A stretch of DNA of 64,000 nt from Octopus vulgaris (GCA_951406725.2 OX597823.1:13268001-13332000), one strand, 5' to 3'. Shown: positions 36,231 through 50,080, counted from the stretch's first letter. Notes: a model not told the origin generated them from the sequence alone. Translations and numbers: made by a program.

Positions 36231-38800
36231 ATATCAGGAGCACCAACAGTTATGTCAGATATGGTTAGTTGAGGGTTTACATCACTGATACTAGCCAGAT
36301 CAACCGCATTAAGGTTACTGAAGACACAGCAGTATTGTTTCTAAAGTATCTCGCACCTGGATTTTGTATCACCATGTAAAGTGTTGTTCCCGTCTACCAG
36401 AGGACCAACAGTGGAAACAGTATCGTTATGTTTTTTTTGCAAATGAATAGAACATTTTGGGATTGAGTTTTATTTTCTCAATGGCCCAACTCTTCTCATC
36501 TGCTCTTGGACTGTTAATGATGGTGATCATGCTTTTTTGGAGGTCGTATTTTTTCGATTCGTGTGACGCAATGGTAGCCGAATGGGTGCGTTGCTGCTGG
36601 CAGTATTTAAGTTGGTTGATTTTCTTGTTGATTATTTTCATTTATCTGATAACTGATCTTCTATTTCTAGGGATTGTGCACTTAGATTTTTATTCCGATC
36701 TTAATGGAGTATGTTTTGCGCATATATGTGTTACAGTATCTACAAACGTCTGCTATGATGTGTTTATGTTGGAGGGGGGTGCGTGAAGGCCCAATCAACT
36801 TGTGAAAGATCATGATTGATTGCATTCCAGTCTGCGTTATGAAGATTCATAGTGTCATATGGATGGACTGGAGAGATATCACTGGGTTTGATCTTTGGGT
36901 AGTAGAATCTCAGATCGCAGAGAACCATGTCATAGTCTGAGAGCAGTGGTGTTTTTTCCACTGCAATATTAAGGATAGTATCTGTGTGGTTACTGAACAC
37001 TAGGTCCAAGGGGATTTTTTGTGAAACCTTGTTGGTTCGAGAACAAGTTCGGTCAGGAAAAACTCACCCATGAAATCAAAAATCAATTCGATTGCTTCCT
37101 AATCAGGGGTTGAGGTGGAAAAACTGGTTTCAAGCTGTTTTTGGACCAATCAACACTGGGAAGGTTGAAGTCACCTATCATTAATATGTTGTCAGCATGA
37201 CACTGATGGGATGCGGGCATTTAATACTGTTGAGGCATTCCATGAAGCATAGAAAAGGAGTTAGGAGTAGCCTATAGAGCCCAGCTAATGTCAAATTGTT
37301 GGTTTTACTAAACACAGAAGCTGCTTCATAGTAGCCACGAAAATGGAGATCCCATCCTTTCTTCTGCCGACACGATCTCGACGGATGGCTGTAAAATTAT
37401 TCTCTCTCACCTCAGATTCTAAGTGGAGGTTATTGAGATGGGTCTCTGTGAGGACGAAAAAAGGGATAAGGTGCGGATGGTCAATAAATTGGATCTTCCG
37501 TTTCTGAACATTGGTAGAAATGTTGAGGCGATATTGGTGGCAGATTTTGACTGTTTTGGTGATTTGCTTGTAATGGAGGTTGTGTGATAAGGTGGTGGTG
37601 GTGTTGCATTGTGTGATGGCTAGAATGTTCTTTTGTAGCCCTTTTGCCAGATTCATTATGGCTGAAAAAAGTATTGTTTAGAGAACTGGTAATGTTTGTG
37701 GCTGTGCATTTTGTATTGGTTAGGGGTCTCGTTTATATTTTTATTTGTACGACGAGTCCCCGCGAGATGGGTAAATGGACAATAACGCTGTAGACATAAT
37801 CTCTTACGCTGAGAATAGCGGCAGACTCTAGGGTTCCGTGTAACATGAGTGGGTTTTTTTCAAATGTAATTTAGTATTTGGTGAGAGTGATAGCAGTGGT
37901 GGTAGTGGCGTTGTTTTAGATTGTGCGCTTTGATGGTAGCGGCTGTTGTGAGTAGTAATTGAACGTCTAGTCCCTGGTAAATGAGTGGATTTGCAATCAG
38001 TGTCAGTGCACAGCCTCTTGCGTAGTGAATAACGGCATATTTTGGGGTTTCGCGTGTAGGCAGTGAGAGGCATAGATTTTAATTTCTGTACATTTGTGTT
38101 TGGCAAATTCATTAAGGGGTCTTTAAGTTAGCAGTTAGTTGGTTGATCACAAATCGGAATGGTGGTAGGTTGGAGCTGTGTCTGTTGCTGTTTTTGAGGT
38201 GGTTGTTGTAGTTGTAGATTTTGATGTTGTTGTTGTGATTCTTGTTGATGAAATCGTTTTTGCTGTTGAAGATTTGATGGGTGGATAACAATGCCTGGTT
38301 GTATGGGCTATCAACAGCTGGAATCTGAGAAGTTGACCGATTCATTAAGTAGGTCATCACTTGTAGTCGTATTAGGGAGTGTTAAAGGTTGAGTCTGGGT
38401 CAGTTGTTCCTGCTTTGGTTGTTGCTGTTCTTGTTTTTGCTGAGATGGTTGTTGTTTTTGCTGTGGTGATTGTTGTTTTTGCTGAGGTGGTTATTGTTTT
38501 TGCTGAAGTGGTTGTTGTTGCTGTTGTTGTTGTTACTGAGGTGGTTGTTGTTGTTGTTGCTGTGGTGGCTGTTGTTGTTGCCGAGGCTACCGTGGTTTTT
38601 GTTCTTGTCGTTCCCTTGGCGGTGCTTGTTGTTGTTGGTGTTGACCAGTATTTGAAGAGAAAACACGTTGGAGTTTTACAAAATGTCTATTAATTAATTT
38701 ATATGACATTTTAGTTTTGAATCTGCTTCTCGGAGCCATGTCTGAAAAGTTGACTTGTAAGTCTGGCCGTTATGTCGCGGCATAAAGTGTCTATGTTTTC
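36230..38800 (-). mobile_element. Degraded CR1-like LINE 5' part (ORF1 + APE endonuclease)
   Basis: ORF1-type PKICRYSL..CTDTDCKSTHLPGT zinc motif; APE motifs LTETHL..RRDR, GDFNLP, LDLVFSN, SDYD; IKLNPKMFYSFAK. RT absent. Confidence 0.8.
38400..38640. repeat. Degenerate ~21-bp minisatellite / (GTT)-rich tract in the LINE ORF1 region
   Basis: Repeated gtggttgttgtttttgctgag-like units. Confidence 0.8.
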
Positions 38801-38935
38801 TGTCAGGGCAAGACAGTACCACGAATTAATCAGAAGGTCTATTTCATTCTCAGACCAATTATTGTAAATTTTTGTTGTTCAGTAGTCATCTTAGAGTTTG
38901 TCTGAGATATATATTTACAGATGCTTGAAGCTGAA

Positions 38936-39000
<65 letters not shown>

Positions 39001-39301
39001 TGTATGTATGTATGTATGTATGTATGTGTGTGTGTGTGTGTGTGTGTATGTGAGTGTGTATGTGTGTGTGTATGATAATGCAGTACTTTTTGCTTTCATG
39101 AATATATATGTATGTACATATACATTCAAAATAAGAAAGAACATTCTCTTCCCGATTCAATCACATATATATATAATTCATGAATTTTTCTTCAAAAATC
39201 AGCTGAAAGCGCTAAATAAATAATCATCCAAAATTTTATCTACATCGTTTCTATCTTTCTTTCTTCCTCCCCCTCTCTCTCTTCTTTCTCTCTTTCTAAC
39301 T

Positions 39302-39374
<73 letters not shown>

Positions 39375-39421
39375 GTGAATTGAAGAAATGGAGCTGAACG
39401 AAGATTGAACAGAAATCGTTT

Positions 39422-39514
39422 TATTTCATTCTACACGTGTTTCGAAAGGCACAATTTACCAAAATCCGATTGAATAATGAGACCATATTGTGTCTTTCTC
39501 TTCAGGAAGAAATA
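39422..39514 (-). ncRNA. Type I hammerhead with extended stem II
   Basis: Reverse complement of 41702-41794. Confidence 0.8.
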
Positions 39515-40137
39515 GGAAATCCGTTGGAAAAAACAAAAACAGAACAGAGGCGGAGCAAAACAAATCGAACTAGGCTCCTAAGAGCCCATGGCAAAACTGT
39601 TTATCAGTGCATGTTGAGAACCGGTGGTTGAAGATTTTAACGGGTCAGGCAGCGGTCATTCCCGTGGGTGAGGGTGTGTAGATGTTCTTTGTGACCGAGA
39701 ATAAAGTTCTGACTATTTAAGGAATATTGGATATATTATAAGGGGCGAGAAAAAATCTACTTAGAGACATGTGTGTGTTTACTGTTCTATATATGTGTGC
39801 TGGCGCAGGTTGGCAAGAACTCCGTCAAGGGGTAGAAAACATTTTTTGTGTACGTGTGTGCGTTTGATCGCTCGGCTGTCAGTTGTTAAGCAGCTCTACA
39901 CAATGGCTACTGCAGTAAAAACCGTTGGGTGGCAGAAAAATATTTTATGTTTTATGTGTGCGGGTGTTCGTCTAATCATGCCTCGTCAAAGAAACCCCCC
40001 GTCGTCAAAAACAAAGCCCCGTTTATCTTACAGGAGTAATTCCCCTTGCAGTGGTTAATCGTAATTATCTTAAAGGCTATTTCAGAATTTATTACCAAGG
40101 GCTATGGGTGCAGGTATTATTTATAAGCCAGATAAGT

Positions 40138-41070
40138 TTAACGCCGCCAATGGGGGCATCGAAAAGCCGACTGTAAAAGTCCGTTTACCATCCGGTCTCT
40201 GGCGAACAATATATGGAAGAGTTCAGAGACACAAAGGTTGCACTTCCTTCTGCCCCTATCAAATGGGAGGGCCACCGACAAAATTGACCATTCCAGCCTG
40301 TAGCTTGAGTTCGTATCCTTCAATCGCCATATTAGCTTGCTGAGTCCCGTGGTCTGGCGTTTATTCATGTCTCGAAAAGTTGCGTAATGATTGGAGATTC
40401 GCAAAGCCAATCTTGACGATGAGGCCCCTACATAAGCGTAGACATCTGAGTCCGTATAAACCTTGCATTGGTAGACGGCGTTTCTGATCTTGGAGTTCGC
40501 CGACGTGAATCTTATTCTGCTAGGATTAGTTTCTGAAATTAGAACTGCGTTACTGTCACTATATTTGTTACGAGAACTGCAGCCGCTTACTACTTTATTT
40601 TCCACTACGTCACTATTAACTAACGGAATAACCCCTGATTCTCCACTATCTATCAGAGTGCTGTCATTGCTAGTGCCCGTGGTGCTGCTATTGCAGGAAA
40701 TGATGCTGGGGTTGCTATTGGGACTCTCTACCCTACTCCCATTGTTACCGTCAACTACAACACCCCTATTTATAACTATACCCCCAGTGTGTAATCCCTG
40801 GCTGGAGCTGAGATTATGAGTCACTGTACTGGCTCTCATATCATTATTACTACTATAATTATTCCTACTGAGCATTAAACCGGGAGCGGAAGAGGCTGTG
40901 CCTCCGGAAAACGGTGATAGGGTCTTAGTAAGCAGCCTATTATTATGGGAGGCGATTAACTGGGTGAGGTTTTTAGTGTTGGAGAAAGCTATCCTAACTT
41001 TATGCGAGTTAACCGTGGAGTAATATTTGGAATTTCTGGGGAAGTTATTGGCGATGGCTTGTCTAAACAT
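40138..41070 (-). CDS. PLE linker + GIY-YIG endonuclease (Hydra-type), no RT in this copy
   Basis: NNFP..KVRIAFSNTKNL..SHNN linker; AVY..AYVG, RISNH..F, TGLSKLIWRLK, WSIL, CNLC..E. Confidence 0.82.
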   Translation of the reverse strand: MFRQAIANNFPRNSKYYSTVNSHKVRIAFSNTKNLTQLIASHNNRLLTKTLSPFSGGTASSAPGLMLSRNNYSSNNDMRASTVTHNLSSSQGLHTGGIVINRGVVVDGNNGSRVESPNSNPSIISCNSSTTGTSNDSTLIDSGESGVIPLVNSDVVENKVVSGCSSRNKYSDSNAVLISETNPSRIRFTSANSKIRNAVYQCKVYTDSDVYAYVGASSSRLALRISNHYATFRDMNKRQTTGLSKLIWRLKDTNSSYRLEWSILSVALPFDRGRRKCNLCVSELFHILFARDRMVNGLLQSAFRCPHWRR

Positions 41071-41701
41071 GAGGGGGAGGTTAGTTCTAATCTGCTTACC
41101 AAAGGGAATTACAAACCATATATGCTTATTCCTATCTGTGTGATGGGTCGGGACGCCAGCTCTCGCATTCGGGTGGGTGATTCTCGGATGAATAAGGGTT
41201 TTGGGTTAGTGTGAGATCTCCCGGACCGATAATTATCCTTGTTCGCTAAATTAAATGCGGGAGCGATTTATTTAGCGCTTTCAGCTGATTTTTGAAGAAA
41301 AATTCATGAATTATATATATATGTGATTGAATCGGGAAGAGAATGTTCTTTCTTATTTTGAATGTATATGCAAATGTTTTCTACCCCTTGACGGAGTTCT
41401 TGCCAACCTGCGCCAGCACACATATATAGAACAGTAAACACACACATGTCTCTAAGTAGATTTTTTCTCGCCCCTTATAATACATCCAATATTCCTTAAA
41501 TAGTCAGAACTTTATTCTCGGTCATAAAGAACATCTACACACCCTCACCCACAGGAATGACCGCTGCCTGACCCGTTAAAATCTTCAACCACCGGTTCTC
41601 AACATACACTGATAAACAGTTTTGCCATGGGCTCTTAGGAGCCTAGTTCGATTTGTTTTGCTCCGCCTCTGTTCTGTTTTTGTTTTTTCCAACGGATTTC
41701 C

Positions 41702-41794
41702 TATTTCTTCCTGAAGAGAAAGACACAATATGGTCTCATTATTCAATCGGATTTTGGTAAATTGTGCCTTTCGAAACACGTGTAGAATGAAATA
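41702..41794 (+). ncRNA. Type I hammerhead with extended stem II
   Basis: tatttcttc CTGAAGA gaaagacacaat..attgtgcctttc GAAA cacgtGTA gaatgaaata. Confidence 0.82.
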
Positions 41795-41996
41795 AAACGA
41801 TTTCTGTTCAATCTTCGTTCAGCTCCATTTCTTCAATTCACCAATAATATTAAAATTCAATTATCCGCACCAACGCACGGTTGCAACACCATATGGTTGT
41901 ACCTCCAACCGTGCTGTCTTCTGCTGTGATTTTTGCTACCAAGGTATCGGTTAAACTTTTGATTAATCTGCTACAAGATTATTCATCTTTCTATTT

Positions 41997-42053
<57 letters not shown>

Positions 42054-42121
42054 CATAATATATAGATATATGTGCATATATACATACGTATATGTATATA
42101 CTTACATCTGTACGTATATAA

Positions 42122-42167
<46 letters not shown>

Positions 42168-42170
<3 letters not shown>

Positions 42171-42800
42171 TCGGTTGGCACAGGACGTCATGAAACATGT
42201 ACAACAAAAATGTATGAAGCACGAGTACATGAAACATAAACAATTCTTTCGAACAACGAATGACACATATGGAAAACAAAATAAACAGCATATAGAACAA
42301 CCCTTCATCAGTCATAAGCTGTTTTTCTAGTCTCGTATTTCGAGTATTTAACAACAATATACGTTTTCGATAAAACAATTGCTCCCGCAAAGCAAATTAA
42401 ATAAAATTTGGGATTTTGTGGAGGGTCAAAATAGGTAACACAAACAGGAAACTGAAAAGAAACAGGAAAACAGGAAGGGTTGCTAAGCCTAAACGAGGTT
42501 GTAGTAGCGAACGCATTAATCAAGTTAGGACAGCAAACAAACAAGAAAACGTCTTCCTTATTCCAGCTACAACGGAGGGAAAGAAAGATAGCCGATGGTC
42601 ACGTGGGAGCCATGCGAGCAAGGGAGGAGGAGTGACGGAGAGAGAGTGACAGAGTAATAGAATAGAATAGTGAGAGAAGTGGAGGTAAAATAATAAGAGA
42701 GAGAAAAAGACAGGAAAACAAAAGAGTAGAAAGATCTTATTGAATACGCACAGGATTATTAAGATAAAACTTACTTGAAAGAGGATGCGTGGCGATCAAT
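42168..42800 (-). repeat. Unclassified repeat in (TA)n (possible PLE 3' region); 42168-42365 recurs at 43335-43530
   Basis: Shared gttggcacaggacgtcatgaaac...cccttcatcag...ctagtctcgta. Confidence 0.65.
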
Positions 42801-42801
42801 C

Positions 42802-42843
<42 letters not shown>

Positions 42844-42844
<1 letters not shown>

Positions 42845-43058
42845 TCTTACTCTTTACTCTTTTACTCTTTTACTTGCTTCAGTCATTTGATTGCGGCCAT
42901 GCTGGAGCACCGCCTTTAGTCGAGCAAATCGACCCCGGGACTTATTCTTTGTCAGCCCAGTACTTATTCTATCAGTCTCTTTTGCCGAACCGCTAAGTGA
43001 CGGCGACGTAAACACACCAGCATCGGTTGTCAAGCAATGCTAGGGGGACAAACAAACA

Positions 43059-43096
<38 letters not shown>

Positions 43097-43267
43097 AATA
43101 TACATATACATATATACGACAGGCTTCTTTCAGTTTCCGCCTACCAAATCCACTCACAAGGCATTGGTCGGCCCGGGGCTATAGCAGAAGACACTTGCCC
43201 AAGATGCCACGCAGTGGGACTGAACCCGGAACCATGTGGTTGGTTAGCAAGCTACTTACCACACAGC

Positions 43268-43270
<3 letters not shown>
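42844..43270 (-). mobile_element. SINE family A
   Basis: Homologous to 28748-29149. Confidence 0.92.
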
Positions 43271-43336
<66 letters not shown>

Positions 43337-43562
43337 ATGTTGGCACAGGACGTCATGAAACGTTTACAACAAAAATGTACGAAGCACGAGTACATGAAAC
43401 ATGAGCTTTTCTTTCGAACAACGAAAGACACAAATGGAAGACAAAAGAAACAACATAAAGAACAACCCTTCATCAGTTCGTGGCTGTTTTTCTAGTCTCG
43501 TATATCGAGCATTTAAAAACAACATACGCACACATATATAATCTCTCTGTTTATTTCCTCGT

Positions 43563-43604
43563 GTTTCTTTCTGTTGAAGAGCCTAGGCTCGAAACGTAAG
43601 AGAC
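43563..43604 (+). ncRNA. Degenerate minimal hammerhead in a solo PLE-tail remnant (43540-43690)
   Basis: CTGTTGA a gagcc-ta-ggctc GAAA cgta; same layout as 22010-22046; A6U core change suggests it is inactive. Confidence 0.55.
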
Positions 43605-43882
43605 TTTCTCACTTTCCCGAGCGTCAAATTAATACACCTGCTTGTTGTTTATACACCTGTCTTCGTCTTTTGTTTCTCTGTAAATTTCAACTATATATAT
43701 ATGTGTGTGTGAGTGTGTATGTATGTACATGTATATATATATATGTATATATATATATATGTGTGTGTGTATACATATGTATATGTGTATATATATATAT
43801 ATATATACACATGAATATGTATATAGATATACATGTATATATATATGTGTATATGTATATATATATATGTATATATATATAG

Positions 43883-43938
<56 letters not shown>

Positions 43939-44466
43939 ATATATAAATGTATATATGGTGTATATATACAGAGAGAGGGAGTGAGCGGGAGAGACGGAGT
44001 GAGAGAGGGGGAGACAGGGGGAGGAGAGGGGAGATAGGGGGAGGAGAGTGAGAGAGAGAGAGAGTGAAAGAGAGATCGAAAGCGTGAGAGAGAGATTATG
44101 AATATATATCTACGTGTGTGTGTGTGTGTGTGTGTGAAGTATGTAATTTCATAGATTGTTATCTGTAATCTCGTTGTTCGAGATTTTGCTTAGCGTTTCG
44201 AACGAAGTATTTCTATGAGTAATGAGAGAAATTTATCGTTAATTGTTTAAACGAAACAACGTACCAAATCCTTTGTGATGCAATCTTAAGAAATTTTACT
44301 AATTTAACTTTTATAGCAGTTAACATAGCTTCTTTTTTTCAAGCAAACCATCGACAGTCCGACAGTCCGATTAGACTCGTAATGGTTTCGATGTAAGCAT
44401 ATACGTGTACGCCTGGTTTCGTGTATGATTTGTACATTTATGTACCTTAGAAATATTTATAGATAT

Positions 44467-44516
<50 letters not shown>

Positions 44517-44870
44517 CTACTTATGACGTTATATCATATAACGTTTTTTTAAACAATATTAATAGCGTTCTGTCTATCGCTATACAAATCCATCATTTTT
44601 TACTAAAATGTCTTATTGACGAGTTTCGTTTTTTTCACTTACCTGAGGAGAAGATTGCATTGTTTATACCATTTATTCTTTTGAATAGTATCAGTGGAAT
44701 TTTCAAAACATGTCTCGAAAGTAAAAATATTTGATTACACCTGCGTTAACTCCATTTTTTATTCATATTATTCAAAATATTCAACGTAAACACGAAGTTT
44801 CTACCTTTATAAACAAGGAGTTTCAACACCTTTACTTGTGAGATTTTTGCTGCCCTGGTAACTATTTATT

Positions 44871-44921
<51 letters not shown>

Positions 44922-44924
<3 letters not shown>

Positions 44925-45092
44925 TGTGTACAGTGCTCATGTGCACTACAACTCATCTAAAGTGTATATATAATCAGGTGTAGTTTCGGCGGATTTCGGA
45001 AAGCATGAGGGCCTTAAAGGATGCAGTGTCATGGCAGTCAACAACTGACGCAGGCAGTTTATTCCATGCTTCAGCAACTCTGAGCGTTTTTC
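44922..45092 (-). mobile_element. CR1-like LINE 3' end with (ATT)n tail (44872-44924)
   Basis: RVAEAWNKLPASVVDCHDTASFK..IRRNYT*; related to 2032-2300. Confidence 0.78.
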
Positions 45093-47079
45093 CGTGTTAA
45101 TTGTTAACAAGGTAAAAATACACTCATCTATTTATATATATATATATATATATATCCTTCGTTTCATATTTCGGATTAATCGTCTGCATTTTGTTGCATT
45201 TCACGTTAATTTACTTCATTCCCTGTGAAGTTTACTTTTGAAAGGTCAACGTTTCTAGTTAATAGATCTTAATAATGGCCTTGGTTTTATGCATTATGCA
45301 TCCAATATTCCATTATATCTCCCAATAAGTGTTAATCTATAGTTGGGAACCAAACTATATAAGTTCTTATGCCTCTGTCTTGTAATACACTTGAACGTGG
45401 CAAATTTCTTAGAATTCAAAATGTCAAGTATTTCTAAGAAGTTCCTTGCATCTCTTTTGCATTCGTGAAGTAGAATAAGTTGCATTTGCAAAATTAGGTT
45501 TTACAAAATGTAGTCTGGTGTAAAACTTGAGAACTACTCAGCTTTGGTGGCAACCTCCTATGCTCGAAATTGTGTCAAATATGTTGTATGAGAAATACAT
45601 GTGCAGTGTTTTCAACGATTCACTAAAGGCAATCATTTTCACGTAATGGAACTTCTTGGAAAACACACTGTGGGAAAATGCCATGAGAAGACTGAGAATA
45701 GTAAAACATTCTGGGTTAACCAACTGAATATATGTATTTGAAAACCTGCACGTAATTGTCTAAGGGTATTGGTTGCTTCTTACCCATAATTGGAAATGGA
45801 GAGATTCTTAAGCGACCGAATGACGGCCTGCTTTTACCAGGTATAGTACTAATGACTTGTTAATTATAAAGATGATTTTAAAAAATGCACAGGATTTAGA
45901 ATTAAAGACAGAGAAATCTGCATTAATACACTTGGCTTCTGTGAAATATGATAGCGATCTACTTATATAAGAGATGGGTTAGGAGCGAATCTATAGTTCA
46001 GAAGTTTCGATACAAGATTCTCATGCAAGGAACGGTCAAAATGTTCGCGGACGTGGAATTAGACAATACTACTTTCATCGAATTTATGCAAGGACCCATT
46101 GGTGAAAGACGAAAGATAGTAAGTCACAGCAGGTGGTAGCTTTAAAGAAACTGTACAGGTAATAATTATGGAGAGAAAAAAGAGCGAAAGATGAAAGAAA
46201 AAGAGATGTAAATTGTTGTAAATCGTACTTCTTACCAGTCTTTAAAGACTGAAGAATATATATGTAATCTTACCTTGTAGCAATTCATTTCTCAGATAAG
46301 TGACTCTCTTCTAAATTTGGTCTACAATATCTTTACCTGAAGCAGCATCTCCACCATCCCAGATGTATCAGAAATACTCCATTATTTACCTCATCTGACC
46401 ATTGCTCGTCATGAATAATTGTTAGCCAGTGAGATACCTTCTAACTCAGAAGAGAGAGGTCACTTTTTGGGATAATCTTAGTGGTGTTATGGGTGTGTTG
46501 TCATTAATGTTTTGGTTGGGGGTGGTTAAGTCCATACACCTTAAAAAGTAACTAACGCTCAACAACAGTGGAGACCTGAACCCTAGGTTCAGACAAAGCA
46601 ATATATGATTTGATCCCAAACCTTCTATATATGACAATTCATCGACCAGGCTTCATATGAACATCAATCAATAAGATAAAACTTCCATTAACAACTCATT
46701 TTTCAGTTTCTATTTCTCCCGCCCTCTCTCTCTCACTTCCTCTCCCTCTCTCTTTGCTCCCTCTTCTTATTAGTTTTCGTCTTTCTTTCTGATTTACATT
46801 AGTCTCTCTCTCCATCTGTCTTTATATTTTTATTCACTCTTTGCCTTTACCTTCTCCTTCTGCCTTTCTCTCATTCTCTCATTTTACTTTCTTCTCTTCT
46901 GTATCTTCTCTTTCTTTTAAGTCTTCCATTCTGTTACTGTTTTCTCTGACATTTATTCTGCTACTTTAACCCACTATCTTTGAACTGAAAGCAAAATATT
47001 TACCAATATGTTCTTACATGCTTCAATCTTGCACTTCCTTTCCCTTTCCCGGAAAATCCCCTCCTGTACCAATATTCTC

Positions 47080-47396
47080 TATATCTTTATTCTGTGAGAA
47101 GGCTCAATGATATTTCTACGTTGTGATTATTCCAGTTTTAATATAAGTCTTCAGATCCTGCTATTTCCCAAAGTGTCATCTCCGAAATGTTCAACAATAA
47201 ATTTTCATATATTTTGCATTCAGATCACAGTTTTAATGAATCGCGTCACAAGAGACGGAACTTGAAAGCGCAATGAATCCGAAATATACTCTAATACAAA
47301 ATGCGGTAATGTAATACAATGCAATAGGTATAGATTTAAATAAACAGATAGTTCACTCTCTCTATGTATGTCAGTATACATACATACATATATATA

Positions 47397-47446
<50 letters not shown>

Positions 47447-47745
47447 TATATATATATATATATACATATATACATATATACATACATAACTGCCACTACA
47501 TGACAAAAGTGCAAAATATATAATTAGCACAATAAATAAAATACACAATAAATAAAATACCTGACATTTGAAAATGGACTGTTCTCTGGTTTAATCTCCA
47601 CATCATACATATTTCCATACGAATTGCCAAATTATTTTTCAAAATAATGTAAAAATACGTATACCTGAACAACAACCACTACAAACTAATAAGCAAACAT
47701 AATATAAAATTATCATACTCCACAACTAACAACTTTGAAAAAATC
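47080..47745 (+). repeat. Left arm of an old inverted duplication containing a Hydra-type PLE linker remnant
   Basis: 47080-47335 is inverted at 53065-53315 and 47487-47745 at 52160-52420; KHNIKLSYSTTNN motif. Confidence 0.75.
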
Positions 47746-47871
47746 TACAGCCGATTTTACCCACTCAAAAATTGTCTAAAAGTGAAAACCTAAATCACAC
47801 ACGTAATAACAATTTCAATTGTCGAAAAAATTATCCTGTCCTCTAAAGGAAACTCTTTCTCTCTCTCTCTG

Positions 47872-47910
<39 letters not shown>

Positions 47911-48457
47911 CTCTCTCACAATACCGTATATAGCGCAACGATGATCACGAACACGACTCATACCTACCTACGTCTTTTTGTGAACCACTGAATCCCATGA
48001 CCTAAAGAGGATACATCTAAATACACACACCGACTTACAAAGTTCAACGTACACGAATAATTCTAAAAAATAACACAATCCCAATTTTAATCAATAAAAA
48101 TTTCTCCCAAACTCCTATCTATCGCAACCCACACTTCAACCTAATTACCACTCCACTCACACATACATACTCAACAGAGAATTTAACTCAACTGACACTA
48201 TATAAAACCAAGATTAACACCACTACAATGCAGTCCATGGCCGAATGTTCGAAGTCACTCTCAAAAATATTTCTGTTTCAGAATAATAAATTTGTACTCA
48301 ACAGATATATTAATAACACTTCAGATTAAGGTAAAATTGTTTTTATTATAACTGAACATAAAAACAAACAATAGTATATATATTTATATATGTAAACATA
48401 TATTGTATAAAAGATCGTTGCTAAGGCCAAAACAATGCAAGGTAAATATATACATAC

Positions 48458-48521
<64 letters not shown>

Positions 48522-48546
48522 ATATATATTTATATATACGTACATG

Positions 48547-48594
<48 letters not shown>

Positions 48595-48786
48595 CATATA
48601 TTAAGACACGGGTCAAATGAACAAATTCAAGGAAAACGTCCAAGATATAAATCACACGTCCACAAATTAAAATAATCAACGCCTAAGTCGTTATCTGCAT
48701 TTGCATGATATAGTAACATATTTATTAGAGGTATGTGACCATGATGTGAAACTAGCTATGCACGAAATCCAGTTGATGACCACTGT

Positions 48787-50080
48787 ATACATGCTTGAAT
48801 AAAATTTGTTTTCGTATTATAAGATTTAATTAACAGGTGATAGAATTTACATACGAAAAGCGTTTATTCATGAAAATACACCGCACCATATTCAGGTGAC
48901 TGTTGCCATCGTTGTACCCGATGCTTAGTTACCCGCTTGCACCATTTGGCTGAACTAGAGGACAGAAAGCAACCTACTCCAGGTTTCATCTTTAGCCACA
49001 CTATTTAAACCTAATTCAGGAACTAAACCAAGTCTCGGAAGATATGGTAATCTGGTGATGTAAATCTTGGTTGTAGGGAGGGTGGGGCTACACTTCAGGC
49101 CCCTCAAGTTCCTCAAGTTGCCCCAGCATACACATTGACTGTGTGTGTGTGTTGGGGTCTTGTCATGCTGTAGGGGTGCAAGTCTCTGAATGTCGAATGC
49201 TGCGTAGAAGACTTTCAAAGCATCATATTCTCGCTGCAGTTGTGAAGCATTTAAGGTTAGTCTTTGCAGCATAACCATCTTGGAAAAGTTCAAAATCCAA
49301 AACCCCCTCGAAATCCCACCAAATACACAACAGAACATTCTATTCAAATCGTTCTCGTCTGACAACAGGTTCTACAGCCTGCTTGGAATGAAGCCACTGG
49401 TTGTTTTTTAATATTAGGATTACGAAAATATATCTAATTTTCATCCTCAGTTACAATACGACGCCAAAAAGAGGCATCACGAGACGTTGACAGCAATTGT
49501 TTGCAAATGTTCCGACGTCGTCGGGCCTCGTCATTCACGAGGAACTTTTCATGAGGAACTTTTCGAAAGCATCTGTTCACAAGGCCAAGCTAATGGAGGT
49601 GTCAAGTGATGGTGCTTTCCTAAGGAGCAAGTTCTGTCAACTATACTTGTGCTAGCACTTTTCTGTTGTTTAGCCATATCAAGCAAGACCTCATCTTCCA
49701 CAATCGAAGGTCTCCCTGACCTTGGTTTGTCTTCGAGGCTGGTGTCACCTTCCTTGAATGGTCTGAATCAGTTTTATGTTGCGCATTATTTGATAGTTCC
49801 AGCGCCTTCTAAATAATAATAATTTTTTGTTTTTATTTTTCACTGTCTTTTTTTCCCACAAGTAGCATAAAATTATTCTAATTGCAATTTTTTCACCAAT
49901 GATTATCAAAGCTGTAAAATAAAGATAAAGGATTTATGTTCATATGTTATGCAGAAAAATAAAGGATAAACAATTCAGTAACGATTGGACAAATATAAAA
50001 TTTAATATATAACATGGAAACACAAGTTGCCAAAACATTCTCACAAAAAATCTGGAAATAAACTTGTCGCAACTTGATAT
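48787..50080 (-). mobile_element. Degraded mariner element
   Basis: Minus-strand FKEGDTSLEDKPRSGRPS, RIVTEDEN, VWWDF and LQHDKTPTH motifs; TIRs poorly preserved, so ends are approximate. Confidence 0.8.

Larger units (their letters stand above)
39368..41998 (-). mobile_element. Hydra-type Penelope-like element, 5'-truncated, with inverted pseudo-LTR, in (TA)n
   Basis: 39368-39845 is inverted at 41372-41850; GIY-YIG ORF inside; a hammerhead in each arm; TA arrays on both sides. Confidence 0.87.

Noticed and set aside
42300-42380. CTGATGA and GAAA motifs on the minus strand as a hammerhead
   Set aside because: I could not build consistent stems II and III around the core; at best a decayed motif.
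45290-46680. Possible decayed LINE endonuclease remnants
   Set aside because: Motifs too degraded to assign.
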